38,734 bases of DNA from a virus (Duplodnaviria > Caudoviricetes): positions 1-38,734 of IMG/VR virus record IMGVR_UViG_3300032295_000827. One strand, written 5' to 3'. Made by a program: the position numbers and the translations under genes. The notes beneath the pieces were generated by a model that was given only the letters and a program-made list of their open reading frames with translations, had not been told where the DNA came from and searched no databases. Numbering within the stretch: position 1 is the first letter of the stretch; each line of letters begins with the position of its first letter. Below are positions 27,969 through 35,168 of this stretch, one piece after another.

Positions 27969-28342
27969 AAGTATGCAGCAAGTGCAAACAGGCAAAGGCG
28001 GAGTCCGAGTATTACAAAAAACGTAATGGACTTACAGCTAATTGCAAATCATGCCATCGCACACCAAAAAATAGAGTGGCTGAAAGAGCCTATACTCTTA
28101 GAAAATACGGGTTGACTGTTGACCAGTTTAACTCGTTGCTAGCAAATCAAAATCATAGTTGTGCTTGCTGTAAACGTAAAGAACCCGGAGGTGCTCACAA
28201 TACCTGGCATGTCGATCATTGCCATGTTACTGGTGCTGTTCGAGGCATACTTTGTTACCACTGCAATGTGGGCATTGGCCATCTAGGTGACGATTTAGAT
28301 GGCCTATTAAAAGCTGTAAAGTATCTGAGAAAAACATTATGA
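27965..28342 (+). CDS. Endonuclease VII-family (HNH-like) putative homing endonuclease
   Basis: CSKC/CKSC, KYGLT, Q..CACC and VDHCH.TG.VRGILCYHCN.GIG; AT-richer than flanks. Confidence 0.9.
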   Translation: MKVCSKCKQAKAESEYYKKRNGLTANCKSCHRTPKNRVAERAYTLRKYGLTVDQFNSLLANQNHSCACCKRKEPGGAHNTWHVDHCHVTGAVRGILCYHCNVGIGHLGDDLDGLLKAVKYLRKTL

Positions 28343-29325
28343 CAAACATTTTGTTACCAGTGGCTCAATATTATAGTCAGGTTGATAGCCGGACTATGCA
28401 CAGTGATCGTATGTGTTTTTCTAGCACAATGGCGATGGCCGTCAAATATCTACGGCCGCAATCACTTCTTGGCTCTAACGCAGACGACGACTATCTCCGC
28501 ACCGTGCTTAAGTTTGGAGACACTACAAATTTTGTAGCACAAACCCAAGCTGCCAAGGAGTATAAGGTTCGTGCTACCTTCCACAAAAACGGCAACCTCA
28601 GTGCCCTCCAGAAGCGGCTAGAAGAGGGTGTTCCCGTGCCTGTGGGGTTTCTCCATCATGGTACGCCTACGGCCCCTCGTGGGGGCGGCCACTGGGTTCT
28701 CCTAGTGGGTATGACGGATACTCATGGTATCTTTCACGATCCGTATGGGGAACTTGATAATGTCAACGGCGGCTATGTGAGTCGTGGAAGGGGCGGCAAA
28801 CAGGTCAGCTACTCCTGGAAGAACTGGCTTCCACGTTGGGAGGTAGAGGGGCCCAATACTGGATGGTTTATGGATCTTCGTAGGATCGAAGACGTTAAGC
28901 CTGCCCCCGCTGCGGTGCCATTCGAGAACAGCTTTAATGGTGTTAGGAAGGCTGCGGCTAGTCTTGGAGCCAAGTTTCCAGAGGTTGTAGCAGCACAGTG
29001 GGCACTTGAGTCCAGCTGGGGCGTCCACACGTCTGGAAAAAACAACTTTTTCGGCATTAAGGGCACTCCAGGCACCGCAAAACAAACATCGGAGTTCATC
29101 AATGGGAAGTGGATCACCATTTCCGATACCTTTAAGAACTACGAGACCCCTGTCGAATGTATTGATCACTTGATCACTCTTTGGTACAAGGACTACAAGG
29201 GGTACAAAGGCGTCAATCGTGCCTTGGATTGGAGGGAATGCTGCCATCTACTTCAAAAAGAAGGATATGCAACAGACCCTACCTATCCATCCAAACTCAT
29301 TCAAATCATCTTGGAGAATAACTGA
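28339..29325 (+). CDS. Endolysin: C39-like cysteine peptidase plus GH73 glucosaminidase/muramidase
   Basis: CFSS / GGGHW / HDPYG triad, PAPAAVP linker, then AQWALESSWG, NNFFGIK and GYATDPTY. Confidence 0.88.
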   Translation: MTNILLPVAQYYSQVDSRTMHSDRMCFSSTMAMAVKYLRPQSLLGSNADDDYLRTVLKFGDTTNFVAQTQAAKEYKVRATFHKNGNLSALQKRLEEGVPVPVGFLHHGTPTAPRGGGHWVLLVGMTDTHGIFHDPYGELDNVNGGYVSRGRGGKQVSYSWKNWLPRWEVEGPNTGWFMDLRRIEDVKPAPAAVPFENSFNGVRKAAASLGAKFPEVVAAQWALESSWGVHTSGKNNFFGIKGTPGTAKQTSEFINGKWITISDTFKNYETPVECIDHLITLWYKDYKGYKGVNRALDWRECCHLLQKEGYATDPTYPSKLIQIILENN

Positions 29326-29666
29326 TGGCATCCATTACAACCGACGGCTCTACCAGTCCTGGAACTTTTGCTACCGAAGTTAGCACTACGGCATTTTCTC
29401 TTGGAGCATCACGTTCCATTACTCTTGCGGCTACAAGTGTAAACCAAGCACTGACGCCAACGTGTCGTTTTGTGTCAATTAAATGTGCTGGTGGTAATCA
29501 CTGTCATTATACAATTGGTGTTGGGGCTCAAACTGCGACTGCTTCGTCTCATTACCTGCGTACTGGCGAACGAATTGTACTAGCAGTTCCTCCTAATGCT
29601 AATATTGCCGCTATTCAGGGTACTGGAGCAGCATCTACTTTGTATATTTCCGAACTGACTGACTGA
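29325..29666 (+). CDS. Small beta-rich putative virion protein (113 aa)
   Basis: Ala/Thr/Ser-rich beta pattern (TATASSHYLRTGER...NIAAI), coupled to the endolysin stop. Confidence 0.7.
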   Translation: MASITTDGSTSPGTFATEVSTTAFSLGASRSITLAATSVNQALTPTCRFVSIKCAGGNHCHYTIGVGAQTATASSHYLRTGERIVLAVPPNANIAAIQGTGAASTLYISELTD

Positions 29667-29668
29667 TC

Positions 29669-30085
29669 ATGGCTACTAGCGCATTTAACAAGTTCAACAG
29701 TTTCACCGAAGCTCTTGCTGAAAAGGTCCACAACCTTGGATCTGACACCCTTGAGGTGGCCCTGACCAACACAGCTCCGGTTAGCACCAACACCCAACTG
29801 AGTAACATTACTCAGATCTCCTACACCTTCCTCAATGCTCGTACCGTTACGGTGAGTGGCAGTGCTCAAACGAGTGGGGTCTATAAGCTCACCATCACGG
29901 ACAAGACTCTCACCTCGACGGGTGGTTCTACTGGTCCGTTCCGGTATGTTGTGTTGTTTAACCAGACAGCCACTAACGATGAACTGATTGGTTGGTATGA
30001 TTATGGTAGTTCTATTACCCTTGGCGATGGAGAATCACTTCTTCTCAACTTTGATGATGCCGCTGGTGTTCTGACGATTACCTGA
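29669..30085 (+). CDS. Putative virion structural protein (138 aa)
   Basis: FNKFNSF.EALAEKVHNLGSD...GPFRYVVLFN...LIGWYDYGSSITL.DGE, a pattern I recall from phage structural proteins. Confidence 0.75.
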   Translation: MATSAFNKFNSFTEALAEKVHNLGSDTLEVALTNTAPVSTNTQLSNITQISYTFLNARTVTVSGSAQTSGVYKLTITDKTLTSTGGSTGPFRYVVLFNQTATNDELIGWYDYGSSITLGDGESLLLNFDDAAGVLTIT

Positions 30086-30089
30086 TACT

Positions 30090-30245
30090 ATGACTTGCGA
30101 TCTTTTTCTCATTAAGGGAAACGTTATTGAGAACATCATTTGCATTGAAAGCAAGGAACTAGCAGAGGAATTGTTTCCTGGGTACCAACTGATTGAACGC
30201 ACAGACGACAACAAACAGTTCAATCCTGGAGACACAATGCCATGA
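30090..30245 (+). CDS. Small acidic protein (51 aa), possible fibre chaperone: MTCDLFLIKGNVIENIICIESKELAEELFPGYQLIERTDDNKQFNPGDTMP
   Basis: Below the ORF-track cutoff. It fills the gap exactly and its stop overlaps the next ATG (ATGA). Confidence 0.7.
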   Translation: MTCDLFLIKGNVIENIICIESKELAEELFPGYQLIERTDDNKQFNPGDTMP

Positions 30246-31573
30246 TTCTTCTTACTTCAACATCTGATGTAATTGAGGTTATCACTGGTTCTGCTGGTAC
30301 GGTTACGGTCCATGCGTCCTACGTGGACAATGCCTCTGGAATGTTTACACCTGGCAGAACCAATACCTCCATCGTCACCGCAGCCACTACTACGGTTGTA
30401 CCTGCTCCTGGTGCCAGTGTTCAGCGTAACCTGCGAACAATGGTTATTGCCAATACCAGCACAACTGTTACGAATGTCATTGATATTCAACACAACAACG
30501 GTACGACTATTTCTGAGCTGTGGAATGGTACCCTTCTTCCTGGAGAATCGGTAGGTCTGACGCAGGAAGGCGAATTTCGTGCGTACTCGTCCGGCGGTAT
30601 TCAGAAAACGGGCACCTTTGTTGGTCCTGTTGATGTCCAAGTCTTCACGTCAACCGGCACCTGGACAAAGCCAACCAGCTTCACTCCAAAAGTGATCAAC
30701 CTTGAAATGTATGGTGCTGGTGGTGGAGGTGGTGGTGGAGCTAGTTTGGCCACTGCCGTTGTTGCAAAGGGTGGTGGAGGTGGTGGGGGTGGATCCTACA
30801 TCAACCACACTTTCTCTGCTTCTGATGTTGGTGCCACGGTAACGGTTACTATTGGTTCATCTGGCGCTGCTGGCACTGGCGGTGGTGCTGGTGGTGCTGG
30901 TGGTGCTGGTGGTATTGGTGGTAACACTACGTTTGGGTCGTTCTTCACTGCCTACGGCGGTGGGGGTGGTGCCGGTGGTGCCATCTCGGCTACTGCAACA
31001 GGCGGTGGTGGAGGCGGTGGAGTTGCTGGTGCTGGAGCTTCTGGTGGTTCTACTGGTGGTACTGGCGGCCTTCCTACAGCAGCTACCAACGCAATTGGCG
31101 GCCAGGGTGTAACTGGTTCTGTTGCTGTTTCTACTACCAACGTTGCAGAAGACGGTGGTGGTGGCGGTGCTGGCGAAGCAGCTACTCCAGCTGGTGCTTC
31201 TAACGGAGGCGGATCCATCAATGGCGGTGGTGGTGGCGGATCAGGTGGTGGCCACACGGCTACGCCTGCTGTTCGACAACCTGGTGCTGGTGGTGGATCC
31301 AACGTCTATACATCTGGCGGTGGCGGTGCTGCTGGCACGTCTGGTCCTGCCCCTACGGCTGGCTCGGCTGGTGCTGACTGCTCATCCATCGGTGGTGGTG
31401 GCGGAGGAGGCGGTGGCGGATCTACCGTCCAAGCTTCTACTGCTGGTGCTGTTGGCGGTGCTGGCGGTCAAGGTGGCGGTGGCGGTGGCGGAGGTGGTGT
31501 CGGCATGAACCCCGGTCTCGGTGGTGCTGGTGGCCTTGGTGGCACTGGTTGGTGTATCGTTTACTCCTGGTAA
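30242..31573 (+). CDS. Glycine-rich adhesin-like virion protein (polyglycine II bundle)
   Basis: Beta-rich N-domain, then VFTSTGTWTKP...YGAGGGGGGG, many G4-G9 runs and terminal GxGWCIVYSW. Confidence 0.85.
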   Translation: MILLTSTSDVIEVITGSAGTVTVHASYVDNASGMFTPGRTNTSIVTAATTTVVPAPGASVQRNLRTMVIANTSTTVTNVIDIQHNNGTTISELWNGTLLPGESVGLTQEGEFRAYSSGGIQKTGTFVGPVDVQVFTSTGTWTKPTSFTPKVINLEMYGAGGGGGGGASLATAVVAKGGGGGGGGSYINHTFSASDVGATVTVTIGSSGAAGTGGGAGGAGGAGGIGGNTTFGSFFTAYGGGGGAGGAISATATGGGGGGGVAGAGASGGSTGGTGGLPTAATNAIGGQGVTGSVAVSTTNVAEDGGGGGAGEAATPAGASNGGGSINGGGGGGSGGGHTATPAVRQPGAGGGSNVYTSGGGGAAGTSGPAPTAGSAGADCSSIGGGGGGGGGGSTVQASTAGAVGGAGGQGGGGGGGGGVGMNPGLGGAGGLGGTGWCIVYSW

Positions 31574-31588
31574 GGGGAGGAACGATGA

Positions 31589-32320
31589 GTGCCGATTTTA
31601 CCAGTATGGTTTGATGATCCGTTAGAAGACTATAGTCCGATAGGGCAGTGGTTCGACGAACAGTTCGATGTCGCTGCTGGTCCAACTGTTTATCCACTAG
31701 ATGTTACGGTTGGAACGTTTACTCTTGCTGGAACAAGCACTGTCCTTCGGGCCTCCCTAACTCTTGTTAGTACTGTTGGTACGTTCTCTATTGCGGGAAC
31801 AACCACAATACTATCAAAGCAGTTTACCTTGGGCACAACCCTTGGGTCATTTGCCTGGACAGGAACTTCAGCCATTCTTGGAAGGCAGTCTGCCCTAAAT
31901 GTTACAACTGGATCCTTTACGGTTGGCTCGTCCACCCTTTCCAGTAACCTCTTCTTCATCCTTAATGGCCTCAATACTTCCTACAATCTTGGTAGCAGCA
32001 GTACATCGCTACTATTGACACGGCGTATTGACGGTTCAGTGCGAAGTTTGTCTCTATTCCAGATACCTGCCGAGGTTATTCGCAGGTTCCCACTGAATCT
32101 CCAGCCTTCAACCTTCAACCTTCAGGGCACAGGTCTAGATTATTTCGCTACCAGGACACTCAACGCCGGTAGCTTGGAATTGTTGGTATATGTTCAAACA
32201 AGGGACATTGTTTACCGCCCAAATCGACAACCATTTGTGCCCACACCGGTCCCTAGAGGTCGAAATGAGTGGATTTTGGGCAAATTTACATCAGGAGGAA
32301 AGGGCTCCTTTAGAGTATGA
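31589..32320 (+). CDS. Repeat-containing putative structural protein (eight 22-aa repeats)
   Basis: GGGGAGG Shine-Dalgarno 8 nt before GTG; L.xT.G(S/T)F...GT...L periodicity; stop overlaps the terS ATG. Confidence 0.8.
   Translation: MPILPVWFDDPLEDYSPIGQWFDEQFDVAAGPTVYPLDVTVGTFTLAGTSTVLRASLTLVSTVGTFSIAGTTTILSKQFTLGTTLGSFAWTGTSAILGRQSALNVTTGSFTVGSSTLSSNLFFILNGLNTSYNLGSSSTSLLLTRRIDGSVRSLSLFQIPAEVIRRFPLNLQPSTFNLQGTGLDYFATRTLNAGSLELLVYVQTRDIVYRPNRQPFVPTPVPRGRNEWILGKFTSGGKGSFRV
31697..32224 (+). repeat. Eight degenerate 66-bp (22-aa) coding repeats
   Basis: LDVTVGTFTLAGTSTVLRASLT / LVSTVGTFSIAGTTTILSKQFT / LGTTLGSFAWTGTSAILGRQSA / LNVTTGSFTVGSSTLSSNLFFI and four more units in register. Confidence 0.75.
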
Positions 32321-32544
32321 CACGCGCAACCGAAGATCAGTTCAACGAACTGCATGGATTGGTCACTAACGAGCTGATCAGCCGAATCAAAGGGGGTCTT
32401 GCAACGACGCAGGACCTCAAAGCAGCCGCCGATTGGCTGTCCAAGAACAACATTACTGGATTGGCTACGATGGGTTCTCCCCTGTCGGCACTTTTTGATT
32501 CCCTAGAATTGGAAATGGAGGACCTCGAACGTGCAATCCGGTAA
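32317..32544 (+). CDS. terS: Terminase small subunit (T7 gp18-like)
   Basis: RATEDQFNELH.LVT.E...RIK.G.ATTQDLKAA.DWL..NNITG, typical of cyanopodovirus DNA maturase A. Confidence 0.88.
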   Translation: MTRATEDQFNELHGLVTNELISRIKGGLATTQDLKAAADWLSKNNITGLATMGSPLSALFDSLELEMEDLERAIR

Positions 32545-32743
32545 CAATGGAGATGGTCTCCAAGAAACAGTTCGAAATCTGATTGCCACAGCGGCCCTTG
32601 GTTTGTTTGGATGGCATCTCGTGACCCTCCACAATATCGCTAAGTCGGTGGATGTGTTGGTTAATCGAGCCGACGCAGCCAACCAACGCTTGGAACGCCT
32701 GGAAAACTACGTCTTTGTAGAAGATGGCCCCAGCAAAAAGTAA
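32531..32743 (+). CDS. Small membrane protein with coiled-coil tail
   Basis: LIATAALGLFGWHLV hydrophobic helix followed by a heptad segment (ANQRLERLEN). Confidence 0.6.
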   Translation: MQSGNNGDGLQETVRNLIATAALGLFGWHLVTLHNIAKSVDVLVNRADAANQRLERLENYVFVEDGPSKK

Positions 32744-32990
32744 GTCCGCCAAGTATTACGCAGCCAATCCTGAGGCAGCAGCTAAGAAGGCGGCCTATCA
32801 ACGAAAACTGAATAAAAAGCCTTCCGTCAAAAATGCCTCGGAGGAGCGGTGGACGGAACGACGGAAGCGAGGAATTGCTGGGAAGGGTGGCAAAGACCTC
32901 TCCCACACAAGAGACGGGCGTATGGTTCTCGAAAGCCCAAAACGGAACCGCGCCCGGAATGGACACAACGGCAAAAGTACCCGCAAATGA
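32724..32990 (+). CDS. Basic hypothetical protein (88 aa) with HNH-like remnant
   Basis: K/R-rich; KDLSH...ESPKRNRARNG. Confidence 0.75.
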   Translation: MAPAKSKSAKYYAANPEAAAKKAAYQRKLNKKPSVKNASEERWTERRKRGIAGKGGKDLSHTRDGRMVLESPKRNRARNGHNGKSTRK

Positions 32991-33136
32991 ACAAAGGAAA
33001 CGCCAAGCCCTCCGGCCTCTACGCTAACATCAACAAGCGTCGCAAGGCAGGAACCAGCCGCCCAAAAAGCAAAAGCACGGTGTCACCTAAAGCGTATGCC
33101 AACATGAAAGCAGGATTCCCCAAGAAAAAGAAGTAA
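32987..33136 (+). CDS. Basic microprotein (49 aa)
   Basis: MNKGNAKPSGLYANINKRRKAGTSRPKSKSTVSPKAYANMKAGFPKKKK, ATGA-coupled to the upstream gene. Confidence 0.75.
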   Translation: MNKGNAKPSGLYANINKRRKAGTSRPKSKSTVSPKAYANMKAGFPKKKK

Positions 33137-33154
33137 ACCACCGAAGTAGGCCTC

Positions 33155-33472
33155 ATGCCTCTCAAAGATCCTTCTGAATACCTTTACTTTCTTAAGGCCA
33201 TGACCGCAGCCGAAGCCAAGCGTATGTGGAGAACAGCCATTAAAGAACACTGGAACAATCAGTGTGTCTATTGTGGCTCATCTGAAAACTTAACGCTCGA
33301 TCATGTCCATCCAAAGGCCCGTGGTGGTCACGACACTACTCATAATGTTGTGCCCGCCTGCCTAGATTGCAACCAGTCTAAAGGTTCGAACCACTGGTTG
33401 TCTTGGTGGGTCGGTCAAGACTTCTTTGACCACAAAAACTTCTCCAGGGTTCTGTCCTGGACTACCGGTTAG
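33155..33472 (+). CDS. HNH endonuclease
   Basis: CVYCG...LTLDHVHPKARGG...NVVPACLDCNQSKG. Confidence 0.92.
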   Translation: MPLKDPSEYLYFLKAMTAAEAKRMWRTAIKEHWNNQCVYCGSSENLTLDHVHPKARGGHDTTHNVVPACLDCNQSKGSNHWLSWWVGQDFFDHKNFSRVLSWTTG

Positions 33473-33502
33473 TACTAACTTAATTCTTTTTAGGTAAATC
33501 AA

Positions 33503-34066
33503 ATGGCTACTCTTCCCGCAGGCGGTTCCAGCTACGGCAACATCTCGACGGCTCCTGGTCGTCAGGACGAGGACGAACTCAAGAACCGGACGCACACCAC
33601 TGTTAACGTGTCGGGTGGTGTGACCACGACGACCACCGTTCCCGCTACCTTTGCTACCACCGCCACGACCGTTGCTGCTAACGGCACCGTTGCCGCCTGT
33701 AAGACCGCAATCCTTACTGTTCGTCGGACCGATCGTATTCCCTCCTCGAACAACGCAAACAAGACCGGTCGTGTGACCCGCGTTGATGTGGTTCAGGGCC
33801 GCATCCTGACCCTCAACACCCTTGTTGGTGGTACGCTTTACACCACCGGCACCTATAACGGTGTGGCCCTGACGGGTGGTACGGGTACTGGCGCAACCGC
33901 AAACATCGTTGTGTCGGGTGGTGCCGTGACGACTGTAACCCTCGTCAGCGGTGGCTCTGGCTACGACGTGACCGAAATCCTGAGCGCAGCTGCTGCTACT
34001 ATTGGTGGCACCGGCTCTGGCTTCTCCATCCGCGTGGCAACCACCACCGGCCCCATCAACTCCTGA
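33503..34066 (+). CDS. Thr/Gly-rich putative capsid decoration/structural protein
   Basis: Capsid-like codon bias and a C-terminal GGTGTGATANIVVSGGAVTTVTLVSGGSGY beta module. Confidence 0.75.
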   Translation: MATLPAGGSSYGNISTAPGRQDEDELKNRTHTTVNVSGGVTTTTTVPATFATTATTVAANGTVAACKTAILTVRRTDRIPSSNNANKTGRVTRVDVVQGRILTLNTLVGGTLYTTGTYNGVALTGGTGTGATANIVVSGGAVTTVTLVSGGSGYDVTEILSAAAATIGGTGSGFSIRVATTTGPINS

Positions 34067-34079
34067 GGTACTTCTTAAA

Positions 34080-34718
34080 ATGGCAAAAGTTACTTCTTCT
34101 AAAAATCGCTCCACCCGTTCGGCTAGCAAGCCCCCAACCACGGGTCAGAATCCTGGCCGAGCCAATCGCCAGTCCATCAGTCAGGCCAAGGTTACCACCT
34201 CTCAGCAGCGCAGTAACCGCATGAAGACCAGCACTGCAAATGTCACCTCTGCTTCTAATGGTAAGCCTAGCGGTGCTGGCTCTGCAAAGGTAACGACTGG
34301 ACAAGGCAAGGCACCTGGCACCCTGTCTTCCAGCGCCCAGGCCAAGGCCGAAGCACGAGGCAAGCAGGCCGTAAAGGATGCTCAGGTTAAGCGCAATGCC
34401 CGTTCCGCCATGAAGAACATGGAGGGCACGCTGAAGGCTGCTCGCGCTGCTCGCTTGCTAACGGGAGGCCTTAAAGGCAACCTGCATATTGAAGCAGTTA
34501 AAGCAGGTCTTCAGGCCTACAACACGGGTGATGGTACCCTCAAGGCTGCCCTCAAGCGGGGCGACTATAAGCCCAAGCAGGGTCCCACCCAAAAGACCAC
34601 TACAGCTTCCTTCAACAAGAAGTCCTTTAATGAGGCATTCAAGGCTGCTCGTAGTTCCGGCGCCAAAGAATTCAGCTGGCGTGGTAAGCGCTACAATACC
34701 AAGAAGAAAGGCGAGTAG
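34080..34718 (+). CDS. Lys/Ala/Ser-rich basic protein (212 aa)
   Basis: Repeated AKVT(T/S) motifs and a C-terminal SFNEAFKAAR..G.KEFSWRGKRYNT module. Confidence 0.8.
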   Translation: MAKVTSSKNRSTRSASKPPTTGQNPGRANRQSISQAKVTTSQQRSNRMKTSTANVTSASNGKPSGAGSAKVTTGQGKAPGTLSSSAQAKAEARGKQAVKDAQVKRNARSAMKNMEGTLKAARAARLLTGGLKGNLHIEAVKAGLQAYNTGDGTLKAALKRGDYKPKQGPTQKTTTASFNKKSFNEAFKAARSSGAKEFSWRGKRYNTKKKGE

Positions 34719-34969
34719 TGGCCACGTCCAAAAAAAATCCTAGCCTGTCTCTTGGCAGAGGCGAAAAGTCCCGCAAGGGCGGCCTTACTGCCAAAGGCAG
34801 AGCTAAATATAACGCGGCAACGGGGTCTAATCTTAAGGCCCCTCAGCCGCAGGGCGGTCCCCGCAAGAAGTCCTTCTGTGCTCGCATGAGCGGCGTCAAA
34901 GGACCGATGGAAAAGAACGGCAAACCCACTCGCAAAGCCCTAGCCCTTAAACGTTGGAAGTGTAATTAA
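34718..34969 (+). CDS. Basic hypothetical protein (83 aa; GGLTAKGR...SFCARM type)
   Basis: [20 protein letters not shown]...[11 protein letters not shown]...ALKRWKC, a pattern I recall as widespread in phages. Confidence 0.8.
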   Translation: MATSKKNPSLSLGRGEKSRKGGLTAKGRAKYNAATGSNLKAPQPQGGPRKKSFCARMSGVKGPMEKNGKPTRKALALKRWKCN

Positions 34970-34971
34970 TC

Positions 34972-35106
34972 ATGCCTCTGAATAAAGGTTCCTCAAAAAA
35001 AACCGTCTCCAAAAACATCTCCAAGATGGTAAAAGAGGGTCGTCCCCAAAAGCAGGCCATTGCGATTGCCCTTTCCAAAGCTGGGAAGAGCCAGAAGCGT
35101 AAATAG
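34972..35106 (+). CDS. Basic microprotein (44 aa) [44 protein letters not shown]
   Basis: Below the ORF-track cutoff. The ATG is 2 nt after the previous stop and it carries a [12 protein letters not shown] motif. Confidence 0.8.
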   Translation: MPLNKGSSKKTVSKNISKMVKEGRPQKQAIAIALSKAGKSQKRK

Positions 35107-35114
35107 CCACCATC

Positions 35115-35144
35115 GGGGTCTAGGAGCTTCTCCTGGGCCCCTTT
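35115..35144 (+). terminator. GC-rich hairpin before terL (weak terminator or processing site)
   Basis: ggggtctagga[gcttc]tcctgggcccc followed by only TTT. Confidence 0.45.
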
Positions 35145-35168
35145 ATCCCCTTACAGGTACATTCTATC

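Noticed and set aside
30700-31545. GGT/GGC trinucleotide runs as a DNA repeat array or CRISPR
   Set aside because: They are explained by polyglycine coding, and there is no repeat-spacer structure anywhere in the window.
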